Shown in pieces: positions 21,917 through 33,885 of a DNA stretch of 64,000 nt. Where the stretch lies: IMG/VR virus record IMGVR_UViG_2654587772_000002; one strand, written 5' to 3'. Position 1 is the first letter of the stretch; every line of letters starts with the position of its first letter. A model generated the notes under the pieces. The model worked only from the letters and a program-made list of their open reading frames with translations, searched no databases and had not been told where the DNA came from. The stretch comes from a virus. Its lineage: Duplodnaviria > Heunggongvirae > Uroviricota > Caudoviricetes. Made by a program: the position numbers and the translations under genes.

Positions 21917-23179
21917 ATGAGCACTTCAGCACAAAACCAATCAATCGAAAATGTATCTATCCCTGATGTCCTGAATGCCGGTATCCCGGCCATTATCCAG
22001 AACATCCGGGCCGCGCAACGCCGCGTTAGTTGTGATGACCTCACAGCACGTTTTTTTGATAATGCGGTTCAGTCAGCGGAGATGCTTCACGCACAGCTTA
22101 TTGATGTTTATAACGCAGAAGCTGATAGCCATAACTCCCTGGTAGATGCAGCTGAAAATATGCAGTTGGATCTCGGTCTGAAGGGTAAAGAAATTGAAGA
22201 GCTTCAGCTGCAAATTGAACATTTGAAACGCCAGCAACAGGACGCGATCGACGATGCGACGCATGACGCCAACCAGCGTGCTGATAATGCCGAACGTATA
22301 AGCATTGAGCTGGAAACAAAACTCAATGAAATGACCGCGATGGTTGAACTGCGGAACTCACAGATTTCAACGCTAAAATCTCAATATAAAGAGATCATGA
22401 AACTTGATCCTTTTAACCTTGAGAAACGCTATAACAAAGCTAAAAGCGAGCGACAAGAACTGCGTAAGCAGGTCGCCGACCTTAACCAACAGCTCAAAAA
22501 AACTATTAAAGATGCAAGCGAAGCGCGCGTGGCATTTGCTAATAAAAAAGCAGAGGTTACCGCGCTGGTTAATGAGAATGCCAAATTTGCGACGCTCAAG
22601 AAGGAAATGTATGGCATTACTGAGCGCCGTTTCCCTGCAAGCAAACTTCATCCGACGTTAGGGCAAATCTCCTTCTTCCCGCGCCTCCTGGCTTATGGGA
22701 TCTCATCGCCTAAAGAGTTCAATAACGAGCGTCCTTATATCGTTTCTAAGCTGGACTTTGCTTATCAGTTCTGCTGCGACATGGGCTATGCCATTGATAT
22801 CCGAATCAACGAATGGTTGATGCCAAACTTCCAGCCGTTGGCAATTTTCCGCGAGTTCCAGCCGGAAGGTTGGGTAGAGTTCTTCCATGAATTGATCTGT
22901 AAAGAGATGGAAAGCCGCCGCCCGGAATTGGTCCGTCGAGTTGAGTGGGCGCAAGAGGTTATGTTGGCAGATGCAGAGCTGCCGTTCGAACCGGAATTCA
23001 TTGATGATCTGGCAACTAAAGGGTTGCATACCCTGTTTGATGTGGTTACCCGCCGTCATGAGCAGTTGGTTGTCGAATTGGGTTTAGAGGAAACAGCGGC
23101 AAGAAGACTTCTCGATGTTTGCTATGCACGTAGCGATGCATGGGAAAAAGAGAACGGCGGCACTATTTACGTTCGCTGA
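21917..23179 (+). CDS. Coiled-coil protein, function unknown
   Basis: Long heptad-like charged region 100-230. Confidence 0.45.
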   Translation: MSTSAQNQSIENVSIPDVLNAGIPAIIQNIRAAQRRVSCDDLTARFFDNAVQSAEMLHAQLIDVYNAEADSHNSLVDAAENMQLDLGLKGKEIEELQLQIEHLKRQQQDAIDDATHDANQRADNAERISIELETKLNEMTAMVELRNSQISTLKSQYKEIMKLDPFNLEKRYNKAKSERQELRKQVADLNQQLKKTIKDASEARVAFANKKAEVTALVNENAKFATLKKEMYGITERRFPASKLHPTLGQISFFPRLLAYGISSPKEFNNERPYIVSKLDFAYQFCCDMGYAIDIRINEWLMPNFQPLAIFREFQPEGWVEFFHELICKEMESRRPELVRRVEWAQEVMLADAELPFEPEFIDDLATKGLHTLFDVVTRRHEQLVVELGLEETAARRLLDVCYARSDAWEKENGGTIYVR

Positions 23180-23203
23180 TAGTTACAGTGTCACTTTTAA
23201 TGC

Positions 23204-23232
23204 TGGTGGAGTGCGCCCACCAGCATTTTTTT
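23204..23232 (+). terminator. Rho-independent terminator (GCTGGTGG...CCACCAGC + T-run)
   Basis: Stem-loop followed by TTTTTTT. Confidence 0.6.
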
Positions 23233-23251
23233 CGTCCAATGAGGAGGGCAT

Positions 23252-23758
23252 TTGAGTATTTTCAATAAACACGCACACCAGGAACGTCCGTATATCGTCA
23301 TAGTCGATATTGATGGAACAATATCAGAGGCAACTGAAGACAGACTGCATTTGCTTCCGCCACCAGGTAAAGGTGCATTAACAAAGGACTGGAACGAGTT
23401 TAATCTCGCCTGTGACACTGATACTCCCATAACTCCAGTTATTGATATTGTGCGCCAGTTATTTAACGTTTACACGGTCTGGTTTGTAACCGGGCGCTGT
23501 GAGATCGCAAGGGATAAAACACGAGCCTGGCTGCGGAAGTACGTAACAAACGGGGCTGAGCCTTTGCTATCTATGCGTCCTGCCACCGATGACAGAAGTG
23601 ACGGCCCAGCAAAGATTGATCTCCTTAAGAAAATTGGTCTAAGTAAAATCGCGTTCGCGCTGGAAGATAAGATTGAAGTGGCGCGTGTTTTCAGGAGGCA
23701 CGGCGTGCTTACGTTAATGGTCAGGGAGTATGAAAATGCGCTTCTTCATCAGCAATAA
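23252..23758 (+). CDS. HAD-superfamily-like hydrolase (DIDGT motif); TTG start after GAGGAGG
   Basis: IVIVDIDGTIS motif I. Confidence 0.45.
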   Translation: MSIFNKHAHQERPYIVIVDIDGTISEATEDRLHLLPPPGKGALTKDWNEFNLACDTDTPITPVIDIVRQLFNVYTVWFVTGRCEIARDKTRAWLRKYVTNGAEPLLSMRPATDDRSDGPAKIDLLKKIGLSKIAFALEDKIEVARVFRRHGVLTLMVREYENALLHQQ

Positions 23759-23774
23759 TTACTCTAATAAATCT
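23758..23774 (+). promoter_or_regulatory. C1-operator-like site ATTACTCTAATAAATCT (15/17)
   Basis: Consensus match. Confidence 0.45.
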
Positions 23775-23856
23775 TGATTTTTAAAACAGAGAAAGTGAAA
23801 ATAAAAACTTGCCGCAAGGCGCGGCATGTATCCAATCAATCACAGGAGCTGAAAAT

Positions 23857-23943
23857 ATGAACACGGCATTCAAAATCATTATGGCCGCGATCTATTTCTG
23901 GCTGTTCTCTATCACTTTTGGCGGCATCGTCGCGCATGGGTAA
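23857..23943 (+). CDS. 28-aa hydrophobic peptide (MNTAFKIIMAAIYFWLFSITFGGIVAHG)
   Basis: AGGAG SD 8 nt upstream; followed by hairpin. Confidence 0.35.
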   Translation: MNTAFKIIMAAIYFWLFSITFGGIVAHG

Positions 23944-23966
23944 GGGGAGTATATTAGCCATTTGGA

Positions 23967-24001
23967 ACCCCACGGTCTCTTGCGGGTTTAATTAAGAACC
24001 C
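23967..24001. terminator. Hairpin (CTTGCGGGTT-TAATTAA-GAACCCGCAAG) between convergent genes
   Basis: 10-bp stem; no strong T-run. Confidence 0.4.
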
Positions 24002-24022
24002 GCAAGAAAAACACGAATTGGG

Positions 24023-27000
24023 CTATATTTTTCCGCCTACGCCTTTAAACTTCTCAATAAACGAGACGATTTTCTGGAAAACTGCCTGTTTTTTCGTTTT
24101 ATATTGCGGATTTAACGGACTAAGTTTTGGTAATGTTTCGTTTAATTCTGTGCCATTTTCGGTGGCGTATTCGCGTTTTAAAGACGTGCGAATATAGCGT
24201 TTTGCTGCATCTTCATTGAGATTTTCTTCTTTTATCAATGCTTCTGCTTCACGTTGCTGTTCGCGTTGAGCAAACGTAAAGAATGCGTCAATGATGCTGG
24301 CTTTGTCCGGTAAATCATCCAGGTTCGTTTGCTGAATAAAATCGACCACCAGGCCCTCTTTAGCACGGTTCCCTAGGCTTGAACGAATTAAGCGTTTGAC
24401 CTCTTCGATCATTTCGCCCTTGCCTTTATTTTGTCTGTTGTGTTCGAAAATAAGTCCAAGGATATAATCCAGGTTTATTTCCTGAGACTTCAGCAAATCG
24501 ACCTCAAAAACTACGTCATCCCAGTCAGTGGTTGATTTCTCTTTTTTCTCAGCTTCTTTCTCACGGCGCTGCCAGTCGCGAATATCGTTATAGGCAGAAC
24601 GATAATCCTGAATCTTGCGATCAGCAGGGAGACGAATTGTTTGCAATTCAGCGAACTTTTCATCATCCACATAATGTTCTGCTTTGAATTTTTCTACCGC
24701 AACAGGATCGCTAAGATCGATTTGTTGCAGGGCTTTTAGCGTGGCAAATTCATCATAGTTTTGCAGGATGTTCTCGGCACGCAGGTATTCGCCAAACAGT
24801 TTAACGAAGTCTTTCTTCTCTTTTTCACTTTCAATACTGGTAGGGTCAGGGAACCGTTGTTCCAGTTCTGAAACTACTGTCATGAAGCCGCGTTTAGCTT
24901 CACCTGTAGCAGCATCAGTAAAGCCTTCCATATACTCTGTATAACTCTTTTCTAACACCACATTTTTGGTGTTTTTGTCACCAAACAGCGTTATGGCATC
25001 AATAGTTGAGCGTTCCAGATCCCGGAAAGTGACGATATTACCGAAGGTTTTAGTTGCATCATAAATACGGTTGGTGCGGGAAAATGCCTGCATCAGGCCG
25101 TGAAAACGCAAGTTTTTATCGACGAATAGCGTGTTCAATGTTGGAGCATCGAAGCCGGTTAAAAACATCCCCACGACAATTAGCAGATCGATATCCTGAT
25201 TTTTAACCCGCTGGGCTAAATCACGATAGTAGTTCTGAAAACCGTTACTGTCGGTGCTAAAGTTAGTTTTAAAATGGCTGTTATATTCACGAATTGCAGC
25301 GTCCAGAAACTCTTTAGCACTGCTGTCCATTGCGCTGGTATCAAAAGTTTCATCGGAAATTTCACCAATGGCATTTTGTTCTTCATTGGCGGCAAAGGAG
25401 AAGATTGTCGCAATACGCAGCGGTTTATAGGTAGCCGATTTATTAGCGGCTTCTTCTTGTAACCGTTTAAACGTCGCATAATAGGCTTTCGCGGCATCCA
25501 CGCTGCTCACTGCCAACATAGCATTAAAACCTTTTGAGCCAGGGAAGGTACGGTGAGTTTTCTGGCGGAAATTATTCAGAATATATTGCGTGATTTCCTG
25601 AATACGCATAGGATGAAGAAACGCCTGCTGATTTTCAGCCGCACTTAGTTTTTTCTCGTCAGTTTCTGTCTCTAAAGACTTAAACTGTGGCCGCACATCG
25701 TTGTAGTCCACCTTGAATTTGAGCACTTTTTCGTCACGAATCGCATCGGTAATTACATACGAATGCAATTCACGACCAAATACGCTGGCGGTTGTTTCTG
25801 AGCCTAAGGCGTTTTCCGGGAAAATAGGGGTGCCGGTAAAACCAAACTGATAATAGCGTTTGAATTTCTTCTTCAGGTTTTTCTGCGCTTCTCCAAACTG
25901 GCTGCGGTGGCATTCATCAAATATGAACACTACTTGCTGATTATATACAGGCAGGTCGCTTTCTGCTTTCATCAGGTTATTGAGTTTCTGAATAGTAGTG
26001 ACGATAATTTTGTTATCGTCCTTATCCAGATTTCGTTTAAGGCCTGCGGTATTTTCCGAGCCGTTGACGCTGTCTGGCGAAAAACGCTGATATTCCTTCA
26101 TGGTCTGGTAATCGAGGTCTTTTCTGTCGACCACAAAGAAGACTTTATCAATAAAGTCCAGCTCTGTTGCCAGACGCGCGGCTTTAAAGCTGGTAAGGGT
26201 TTTACCAGAACCGGTAGTGTGCCAGATAAAGCCACCGCTTTCGGGGTTAGACCAGTTTTTCGCTTTATAGGAGCTGTTGATTTTCCATAAGATTCGTTCG
26301 GTGGCGGCAATCTGGTACGGTCGCATCACCAGTAGCGTCTGACTACTGTCAAAAACGCTGTAGTTCACCAGAACATTCAGCAGAGTATGTTTCTGGAAAA
26401 AGGTAGCGGTAAAGTCTTTGAGGTCTTTAATCAGCGTGTTGTCTGATTTCGCCCAGTTCATGGTGAAGTCAAAACTGTTTTTATCGCGCTTTGTCGTGTT
26501 GGCAAAATAACGGGTATCGGTGCCGTTAGAAATGACAAACAGTTGCAGATACTTAAACAGGGAATTTTCGCTGTTAAAACTCTCTTTACTGTAACGATGT
26601 ATCTGGTTGAAAGCCTCACGAATCGCCACCCCGCGTTTTTTTAGTTCGATTTGCACCAGCGGTAAACCATTAACCAGGATCGTGACGTCATAACGGTTAG
26701 CATGAGAACCCGTCTGTTCAAACTGCTGGATAATCTGCACCTTATTGCGCATGAGATTCTTTTTATCTATCAAATAGATGTTCTCAAGACGCTCGTCATC
26801 AAAAATAAAGTCGCAAATATAGTCGATATGGATTTTACGGGTCTTATCCAGAATGCCATCACTCGGGTTGTCCAGATACTGCTCCGTGAAACGCCGCCAT
26901 TCGCTGTCATTAAACACCACACCATTGAGGTTCTGAAGCTGTTCCCGAACGTTGGCCAGCATCGCCGACTGTGATTTTACGGGTATAAATTCATAGCCCT

Positions 27001-27139
27001 GATTTCGCAGGTCCTGAATCAGTTCCCGTTCCAGGTCCGATTCACTCTGATAGCTGTCGCCTGTTTGCTCAGCTTTGATGTACTTATCAAGAACGATAAA
27101 GTTATTGGATTCAGCAATGGTGTGTGTCTGATGAGTCAT
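24023..27139 (-). CDS. hsdR: Type I restriction enzyme R subunit
   Basis: SF2 helicase motifs (TGSGKT Walker A, DECHR), 1038 aa, operon with hsdM/hsdS. Confidence 0.9.
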   Translation of the reverse strand: MTHQTHTIAESNNFIVLDKYIKAEQTGDSYQSESDLERELIQDLRNQGYEFIPVKSQSAMLANVREQLQNLNGVVFNDSEWRRFTEQYLDNPSDGILDKTRKIHIDYICDFIFDDERLENIYLIDKKNLMRNKVQIIQQFEQTGSHANRYDVTILVNGLPLVQIELKKRGVAIREAFNQIHRYSKESFNSENSLFKYLQLFVISNGTDTRYFANTTKRDKNSFDFTMNWAKSDNTLIKDLKDFTATFFQKHTLLNVLVNYSVFDSSQTLLVMRPYQIAATERILWKINSSYKAKNWSNPESGGFIWHTTGSGKTLTSFKAARLATELDFIDKVFFVVDRKDLDYQTMKEYQRFSPDSVNGSENTAGLKRNLDKDDNKIIVTTIQKLNNLMKAESDLPVYNQQVVFIFDECHRSQFGEAQKNLKKKFKRYYQFGFTGTPIFPENALGSETTASVFGRELHSYVITDAIRDEKVLKFKVDYNDVRPQFKSLETETDEKKLSAAENQQAFLHPMRIQEITQYILNNFRQKTHRTFPGSKGFNAMLAVSSVDAAKAYYATFKRLQEEAANKSATYKPLRIATIFSFAANEEQNAIGEISDETFDTSAMDSSAKEFLDAAIREYNSHFKTNFSTDSNGFQNYYRDLAQRVKNQDIDLLIVVGMFLTGFDAPTLNTLFVDKNLRFHGLMQAFSRTNRIYDATKTFGNIVTFRDLERSTIDAITLFGDKNTKNVVLEKSYTEYMEGFTDAATGEAKRGFMTVVSELEQRFPDPTSIESEKEKKDFVKLFGEYLRAENILQNYDEFATLKALQQIDLSDPVAVEKFKAEHYVDDEKFAELQTIRLPADRKIQDYRSAYNDIRDWQRREKEAEKKEKSTTDWDDVVFEVDLLKSQEINLDYILGLIFEHNRQNKGKGEMIEEVKRLIRSSLGNRAKEGLVVDFIQQTNLDDLPDKASIIDAFFTFAQREQQREAEALIKEENLNEDAAKRYIRTSLKREYATENGTELNETLPKLSPLNPQYKTKKQAVFQKIVSFIEKFKGVGGKI

Positions 27140-27261
27140 AGCGCATCCTTTGTGCCGTCTGGCAAGGGCCGGAAGGGGGTTAAGGGTGACTTCCAGCGTG
27201 TAAAAAAATAGCCTATATACTGACCGGGTGTTAAGGTGGCCCGGTCGGTAGCAATGGTCAA

Positions 27262-28473
27262 TTAATTACTGACAGTTTCAGGTTTCGGGAAACTGAACAG
27301 TAAATCACGGTAGTACTCGTATTGTTTCTGGCGCAACTCGATTTCACGCGGGAGACCTTCGGTGATGGAGTTGGTCAGGGTGTCGAACTTATCGAGGATA
27401 AAGGCAATTTTTTGTTGCTCATCAATCGATGGTAAAGGAATAGATAAACCATCAATGTTATTTGCTTTAAGATAACCTTGCCCTGAATTGTTTTTTACTG
27501 ACTTAAAGTAAAATTTCATTCTTGGTGAGTCGAAGAAATGCAGAAAATATCTAGGGTGAAGTAATTCCTCATTCAACCTGATTAGGTACATGTTTTGACC
27601 GTAAAAATCAGGATCGAGACATTTTACTCGAGCAATCTCACCAATAGTACCAATCATGCTTATAAGAAAGTCACCTTTCAAGATCGGTCTATTTTTGGAG
27701 ATGCTCAAAAAATCGTCCCGGGAAATATGCTTAACTCTTTCAAAATCGATGTTCCCACCACTAATATTCTTTGAAGTGACATATGGAATTTCACCATTAT
27801 CATCAAACTTCGGAGTTGCGGGCATAATCCAAAATTTATCTACTAGCACCTCCTCCAAAGTCTTCCACTCAACCTCACCCTCTTTAAAACTCAACAACTG
27901 GTCGCGATAATAGTTGTACTGTTTTTTACGCATGTTAAGCTCAGCGGTAAGCTCAGCGGTAAGTGCAGTAAATTTATCCAGAATCCGAACGATTTCAGAC
28001 TGGATGGCAAGGGATTTTTCCGGATTATCCGGGCAGGGGATTGGGATTTTTTTTTGAGAATAATTACTAATCCATTGGCGTTTATGGTCTCCCTCTGCGA
28101 ATTCACTTGGTAATGTATTGAGCCAATAGTAAACATATTTCAGTAAGGTTTTATTATTATCACATGATGTAACCATTTTCATGGCCGATGATTTTGCCTT
28201 AAAGTCAAAATCCACCCATTTATTAGCGGTGGTGAAATCATCAAAAATTATTACAGGTGCCTTTGATGCCTGGTAAATACCATGAGTCTCATTTGTGTAT
28301 CCAAGAATAAATGTTTTTCCGGCAGTAAGAACCGGTATGGTATATGTGTCGTGATAATCTTTTGCTTTTACCAAATACTTTGTTGGCTGTTCATATTTGG
28401 TTATTTCCCCCAATGGCAACCACTCAACTTCAACCCCATCCAGCAATTTTTCCAGATAACTCAACTCGCTCAT
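27262..28473 (-). CDS. hsdS: Type I R-M specificity subunit
   Basis: 403 aa, two target-recognition-domain halves, overlaps hsdM stop (ATGA). Confidence 0.85.
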   Translation of the reverse strand: MSELSYLEKLLDGVEVEWLPLGEITKYEQPTKYLVKAKDYHDTYTIPVLTAGKTFILGYTNETHGIYQASKAPVIIFDDFTTANKWVDFDFKAKSSAMKMVTSCDNNKTLLKYVYYWLNTLPSEFAEGDHKRQWISNYSQKKIPIPCPDNPEKSLAIQSEIVRILDKFTALTAELTAELNMRKKQYNYYRDQLLSFKEGEVEWKTLEEVLVDKFWIMPATPKFDDNGEIPYVTSKNISGGNIDFERVKHISRDDFLSISKNRPILKGDFLISMIGTIGEIARVKCLDPDFYGQNMYLIRLNEELLHPRYFLHFFDSPRMKFYFKSVKNNSGQGYLKANNIDGLSIPLPSIDEQQKIAFILDKFDTLTNSITEGLPREIELRQKQYEYYRDLLFSFPKPETVSN

Positions 28474-30032
28474 TTCTGCACCTCGCAGCCTTCAATTTCA
28501 GCCACAATCGCATCAATATCTTTACGCAACTGGTCGATTTTGCTGACCGTGGTTTTCAGCTCAGCATTTAGCTCAGCAATATCGATAGTTTCGCGGTTAT
28601 CTTTCACTTCTACATAGCTGCTCACTGACAGGTTATAGTCATTCGCGACAACGGCCTCAAACGCGACAGATTTTGCCAGATGGGCAACATCTTCCTTGCT
28701 GGAAAATACCTGCATAATTTTTTCGATATGGGCATCGGTCAGGATGTTGTTGTTAGTCTCTTTTTTGAACAGTTCGCTGGCGTCAATAAACTGAACTTTG
28801 GTATCCGTTTTATGTTTAGACAGCACCAGAATATTTACGGCAATGGTGGTGCCAAAGAACAGGTTCGGTGCCAGTGAAATCACGGTTTCGACATAGTTAT
28901 TGTCAACCAGATACTGACGGATTTTCTGCTCCGCTCCGCCACGGTAAAAAATGCCCGGGAAGCAGACAATCGCAGCACGACCTTTGGCAGAAAGATAGTT
29001 CAGCGCATGTAATACAAACGCAAAGTCAGCTTTGGATTTGGGGGCCAGAACGCCAGCCGGGGCAAAACGTTCATCGTTAATCAGCGTCGGGTCATCGCTG
29101 CCAATCCATTTCACCGAATACGGCGGGTTAGAAACGATGGCATCAAACGGTTTTTCATCTCTGAAGTGCGGCTCAGTCAGTGTATTACCCAGCTTGATAT
29201 CAAACTTGTCGTAGTTGATGTTGTGCAAAAACATGTTCATACGCGCCAGGTTATAGGTCGTATGGTTGATCTCCTGACCAAAAAAGCCTTCTTCGATGAT
29301 ATGGTCATCAAACTGTTTTTTAGCCTGCAACAACAGCGAACCGGAACCTGCTGCCGGGTCGTAGATTTTGTTAACGTGGGTCTGGCCGTGCATTGCCAGT
29401 TGTGCAATCAGCTTAGAGACGTGCTGCGGTGTAAAGAACTCGCCGCCGGACTTACCGGCATTCGCCGCATAGTTAGAAATCAGGAACTCATAGGCATCAC
29501 CGAACAGGTCAATCTGATGTTCGTTGAAGTCACCAAGGTTTAACCCTTCAACCCCTTTCAGAACCGCAGCCAGGCGGGCATTTTTATCCTTAACGGTGTT
29601 ACCCAGGCGGTTACTGGTGGTATCGAAATCAGCAAACAAACCTTTGATGTCAGCTTCTGAAGGATAACCGTAAGCAGAACTTTCGATAGCAACGAAGATG
29701 CTGTTTAAATCTGCATTCAGTCTGTCATTGGTATTTGCTTTCGCCGCTACGTTGCAGAAAAGCTGACTTGGGTAGATGAAGTAGCCTTTGGTTTTGATGG
29801 CATCGTCTTTAATGTCATCAGTAATTACGCTGTCATCCAGTTTCGCATAACAGATACTGCCATCACCGGCTTCAATATAGCTGGAAAAATTTTCGCTGAT
29901 AAAACGGTAGAAAAGTGCGCCCAGAACGTATTGCTTAAAATCCCATCCATCGACCGAACCCCTGACATCGTTAGCAATTTGCCAGATTTGACGATGAAGC
30001 TCTGCACGTTGTTGAATACTTGTCATTTTCAT
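28470..30032 (-). CDS. hsdM: Type I R-M N6-adenine methyltransferase subunit
   Basis: [10 protein letters not shown] (motif I) and NPPY (motif IV). Confidence 0.9.
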   Translation of the reverse strand: MKMTSIQQRAELHRQIWQIANDVRGSVDGWDFKQYVLGALFYRFISENFSSYIEAGDGSICYAKLDDSVITDDIKDDAIKTKGYFIYPSQLFCNVAAKANTNDRLNADLNSIFVAIESSAYGYPSEADIKGLFADFDTTSNRLGNTVKDKNARLAAVLKGVEGLNLGDFNEHQIDLFGDAYEFLISNYAANAGKSGGEFFTPQHVSKLIAQLAMHGQTHVNKIYDPAAGSGSLLLQAKKQFDDHIIEEGFFGQEINHTTYNLARMNMFLHNINYDKFDIKLGNTLTEPHFRDEKPFDAIVSNPPYSVKWIGSDDPTLINDERFAPAGVLAPKSKADFAFVLHALNYLSAKGRAAIVCFPGIFYRGGAEQKIRQYLVDNNYVETVISLAPNLFFGTTIAVNILVLSKHKTDTKVQFIDASELFKKETNNNILTDAHIEKIMQVFSSKEDVAHLAKSVAFEAVVANDYNLSVSSYVEVKDNRETIDIAELNAELKTTVSKIDQLRKDIDAIVAEIEGCEVQK

Positions 30033-30164
30033 CCACTTATTTCAGGCTTATGTAATTGGATGTGATTCTACAACAACTTGGTGGCTTTAACAGTTCGGAC
30101 ATTAGGCTATGAATGACCTGCCTAGAGTTTTGTTAAGCCGCAAAGTGCTGGCGCTTTATGCCTG

Positions 30165-30205
30165 TGAAGTTTATAATTGTGTACACATAACGAGTACACG
30201 AGGTG
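30165..30205 (+). promoter_or_regulatory. phd-doc promoter/operator (TATAAT -10 then GTGTACAC / GAGTACAC palindromic half-sites)
   Basis: TTATAATTGTGTACACATAACGAGTACACGAGGTG directly upstream of phd. Confidence 0.6.
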
Positions 30206-30208
30206 TTT

Positions 30209-30430
30209 ATGCAATCCATTAACTTCCGTACCGCGCGCGGCAACCTTTCTGAAGTGCTCAACAATGTTGAGGCCGGGGAAGAGGTTGAAATCACCCGCAG
30301 AGGCCGTGAGCCAGCAGTAATTGTCAGCAAGGCTACTTTCGAAGCCTACAAAAAAGCGGCGCTGGATGCTGAATTTGCATCCCTGTTTGACACCCTGGAC
30401 TCCACCAACAAGGAACTGGTTAACCGATAA
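30209..30430 (+). CDS. phd: Antitoxin Phd
   Basis: 73 aa [39 protein letters not shown]...; TAATG overlap with doc. Confidence 0.9.
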
Positions 30431-30810
30431 TGAGGCATATATCACCGGAAGAACTTATTGCGCTTCATGATGCGAATATAAGCCGCTACGGCGGCCTGCC
30501 TGGCATGTCAGATCCGGGCAGGGCAGAGGCCATTATCGGGAGAGTTCAGGCCAGAGTTGCCTACGAAGAGATCACCGACCTTTTCGAAGTCTCCGCCACC
30601 TACCTGGTGGCTACAGCGAGAGGGCATATATTCAATGATGCCAATAAGCGTACCGCGCTAAACAGTGCGCTGCTATTTCTACGCCGTAACGGGGTGCAGG
30701 TATTTGATTCACCTGAACTGGCAGACCTTACCGTAGGCGCTGCGACTGGCGAGATATCTGTATCTTCTGTCGCCGACTCGTTACGTAGATTGTATGGTTC
30801 TGCGGAGTAG
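30430..30810 (+). CDS. doc: Toxin Doc (Fic-fold)
   Basis: 126 aa, HIFNDANKR motif. Confidence 0.9.
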
Positions 30811-30814
30811 ATTA

Positions 30815-30994
30815 ATGGCACGCAAATACGACAAATTGTCCCGTGAAGCGTTAAAGATGCTTCTTGATGGCGTGAGTCGCCGCAAGGTAAAGCAATACCT
30901 GGTTGGTAAGCAAATTGGAGTCAGGACCGCTATTGCTGTGTTATGCCGTCAGGAAATGGTTGTGCTTAAACAGAGAATGCCGGGCAGCAGATAA
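30815..30994 (+). CDS. Small protein downstream of doc (pdcA position)
   Basis: ORF with ATG 30815. Confidence 0.35.
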   Translation: MARKYDKLSREALKMLLDGVSRRKVKQYLVGKQIGVRTAIAVLCRQEMVVLKQRMPGSR

Positions 30995-31021
30995 AGCCCA
31001 ATCAGTGATTAAAGGTGTGAT

Positions 31022-32065
31022 GTGAAAGCCATAATTACTCCCTTTGTACAGAAAGAGCTTGGCCTCGCCACGTTCAAAGTGGATCAGGAGGTCAGAAAGC
31101 TGGTGGAGGCTGGCCGTAAATTTATTATGGAGCCGGTGCCGCGTGAGTTAATCGAGCACATGGAAGACGGCCTCGTTGTTACTGAGCAAACCATGGCAAC
31201 AAATGAGGCGTTGCAGCCGTTTTTTAACAGCGATGAACTGTTTCGCCGTATTGGTGGAATTGACGCGCTGGTTGCGTGGTTGCGTAGGAAAGAGGGTCAA
31301 TGCCAGGCCGCAGATCGTAGTTGGTGTGACAACCATATTGTCCACGCTGAACGAGACAATAGCGCGGTGTTGTTGTGCTGGCATCACGATAACCATTACC
31401 GGATGCGTGGTTTTAATGAGCTGAAAGAAACGCTGCACAATAATCGCGTTAACTGGATACTGGATGTCGCCCGTCAGGAAATGGGCCTTTCAAATAGCCA
31501 TGATTTAAGTATTCAGGAGCTGTGCTGGTGGGCTTTCATGCGCAACATGATGCACCTGATGCCGGAAGAAGTCTGCCGCATATCAATAAATAAGATGAAG
31601 GCTACTCCGCAGGATAGTGGACCTCTGAAAGAGGCGGATATTCGCCCGTATGACGATCGCGCTACAGCATATGTTCAGATGATGGAAGAACGCGCCGCGC
31701 CGATGCGTGCAAAAGTATGCCCTGTGGATGTTGACTCCGACCCTAGCATGGCGCATTTCAAAATACCAAAACTTCAATCGCTAAAATTGCCTGAGTACAT
31801 GGATTTTGTGGCTTCCCGTCCATGCTGTGGCTGTGGAGCTGCGGGAGCTGGCGCTCACATTACGCCTTATATCGTTCGTCATAGTCGATTATGCGCGCAT
31901 GACATTTATGCTATTCCTCTGTGCCAGTCATGCCAGCGTGATATTGAGCGTGACCGCGATAATTGGGAGAAGACGCACGGTAGGCTGGCGATGCATCAAC
32001 GATTGTTCTTTGATTACGCGCTTGGAGTCGGCGCTATCACAAGTCATTCGTCGAGCGTTAGATAA
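31022..32065 (+). CDS. Cys/His-rich protein (pdcB position)
   Basis: 347-aa ORF, GTG start; multiple CxxC/H clusters. Confidence 0.45.
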   Translation: MKAIITPFVQKELGLATFKVDQEVRKLVEAGRKFIMEPVPRELIEHMEDGLVVTEQTMATNEALQPFFNSDELFRRIGGIDALVAWLRRKEGQCQAADRSWCDNHIVHAERDNSAVLLCWHHDNHYRMRGFNELKETLHNNRVNWILDVARQEMGLSNSHDLSIQELCWWAFMRNMMHLMPEEVCRISINKMKATPQDSGPLKEADIRPYDDRATAYVQMMEERAAPMRAKVCPVDVDSDPSMAHFKIPKLQSLKLPEYMDFVASRPCCGCGAAGAGAHITPYIVRHSRLCAHDIYAIPLCQSCQRDIERDRDNWEKTHGRLAMHQRLFFDYALGVGAITSHSSSVR

Positions 32066-32066
32066 A

Positions 32067-32083
32067 ATTGCTCTAATGCATTG
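32067..32083 (+). promoter_or_regulatory. C1-operator-like site ATTGCTCTAATGCATTG (14/17)
   Basis: Upstream of lpa, consistent with C1 control of late activator. Confidence 0.45.
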
Positions 32084-32153
32084 CTATTTCTTTAATCGAT
32101 GGTATTATATTCGACGTTGATTAGTTGACATGGGCTAATCAGTAGGTGACAGG

Positions 32154-32606
32154 ATGTTACTTAACTGGCAGGGACGCCACTTCATGGAAATAAATCACTC
32201 ACGAATAACATCGTACGAGATTGCGGATTACATGATCCGCACTAAATCTCTTCTATCAGCGAAAGAACTCGCAGCAATTCTTGAAAAGGAATACCCGCAT
32301 CTGGATGTCGATAAGCGCGATGTTTATCTGCGCTTAAAGGCTATCGCTGTGTCTAAGTATTCGTCTGTTTTGATTGATGACAGTACACGCCCACGTAGAT
32401 TTCAGATCCACTCTCTGAATCCTGAATTCTTTCGCCGCAGCCGCGCTCCGCGCCGGTTTGATGAAAAACTCCAGAACGAACTCTATATGACGCAGGACGA
32501 AAAGGAACGCCGGGAGCACCAGCCTTGGGTAATGGCGCGTCAACTTTTCAATAAGGTGGCCCGTCAGCACCGTCATTACGGTAATGCCACATCCGCACGT
32601 ATCTGA
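32154..32606 (+). CDS. lpa: Late promoter activator Lpa-like
   Basis: 150-aa ORF immediately upstream of pacA, preceded by C1 operator. Confidence 0.55.
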   Translation: MLLNWQGRHFMEINHSRITSYEIADYMIRTKSLLSAKELAAILEKEYPHLDVDKRDVYLRLKAIAVSKYSSVLIDDSTRPRRFQIHSLNPEFFRRSRAPRRFDEKLQNELYMTQDEKERREHQPWVMARQLFNKVARQHRHYGNATSARI

Positions 32607-32691
32607 TTGATTGCTTGCCCGTTCCGGGCCTTTTGACATGTGACTTTCGTTACCCTCGCGTCAAAAAGAGTTTTTACGAAAGGAAGCATAA

Positions 32692-33885
32692 GTGACCTGG
32701 GACGATCACAAGAAGAATTTTGCTCGCCTGGCGCGAGATGGTGGTTACACCATCGCACAGTATGCCGCCGAGTTTAATCTTAACCCTAATACCGCACGTC
32801 GTTATCTCCGTGCCTTCAAAGAAGACACCAGGACTGCGGACAGCCGCAAGCCAAATAAGCCAGTCAGGAAGCCACTAAAAGGCATGATCATTGATCACTC
32901 TAATGATCAACATGCAGGTGATCATATTGCGGCTGAAATAGCGGAAAAACAGAGAGTTAATGCCGTTGTCAGTGCCGCAGTCGAGAATGCGAAGCGCCAA
33001 AATAAGCGCATAAATGATCGTTCAGATGATCATGACGTGATCACCCGCGCCCACCGGACCTTACGTGATCGCCTGGAACGCGACACCCTGGATGATGATG
33101 GTGAACGCTTTGAATTCGAAGCTGGCGATTACCTGATAGATAACGTTGAAGCGCGGAAGGCCGCGCGCGCTATGTTGCGTCGGTCCGGGGCCGATGTTCT
33201 GGAAACCACTCTTCTTGAAAAGTCTCTTTCTCATCTCCTTATGCTGGAGAACGCCAGGGATACGTGTATTCGTCTGGTGCAGGAAATGCGCGATCAGCAA
33301 AAAGACGATGATGAAGGGACTCCGCCTGAATATCGTATCGCGAGCATGCTAAACAGCTGTTCCGCGCAGATAAGCAGCCTGATCAACACCATTTACAGCA
33401 TCCGGAATAACTATCGAAAAGAAAGCCGGGAGGCGGAAAAGCACGCTTTATCTATGGGGCAAGCTGGCATTGTTAAGCTGGCATACGAACGAAAGCGTGA
33501 AAATAACTGGTCAGTGCTGGAAGCAGCTGAATTCATCGAGGCGCATGGCGGAAAAGTGCCGCCCCTGATGCTGGAGCAAATCAAAGCCGATCTGCGTGCT
33601 CCTAAGACCAATACCGATGATGAGGAAAGGCAAACAGCCGTCGGTGGCCCTTCTCTTGAAGATCTGGACAAAGTTGCGCGAGAACGGGCTGCCAACCGCC
33701 GCGCCGATGCCGCATTGTGGATTGAGCAGCGTAGGGAAGAAATCGCCGATATCGTTGATACAGGCGGTTATGGAGATGTTGATACTGAAGGTGTATCAAA
33801 CGACCCATGGCTGGAACAAGACCTGGACGAAGACGAGGAGGAAGACGAAGAAGTTACCCGCAAGCTATACGGGGATGATGATTAA
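32692..33885 (+). CDS. pacA: Pacase (terminase) small/recognition subunit PacA
   Basis: 397 aa; contains pac hexamer clusters; GTG start with AAGGAAG SD. Confidence 0.8.
   Translation: MTWDDHKKNFARLARDGGYTIAQYAAEFNLNPNTARRYLRAFKEDTRTADSRKPNKPVRKPLKGMIIDHSNDQHAGDHIAAEIAEKQRVNAVVSAAVENAKRQNKRINDRSDDHDVITRAHRTLRDRLERDTLDDDGERFEFEAGDYLIDNVEARKAARAMLRRSGADVLETTLLEKSLSHLLMLENARDTCIRLVQEMRDQQKDDDEGTPPEYRIASMLNSCSAQISSLINTIYSIRNNYRKESREAEKHALSMGQAGIVKLAYERKRENNWSVLEAAEFIEAHGGKVPPLMLEQIKADLRAPKTNTDDEERQTAVGGPSLEDLDKVARERAANRRADAALWIEQRREEIADIVDTGGYGDVDTEGVSNDPWLEQDLDEDEEEDEEVTRKLYGDDD
32885..33071 (+). other. pac site: two clusters of TGATCA(N) hexamers (4 + 3-4) about 95 bp apart, inside pacA
   Basis: TGATCA at 32885, 32892, 32904, 32919 and 33015, 33027, 33038, 33066. 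Confidence 0.75.
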
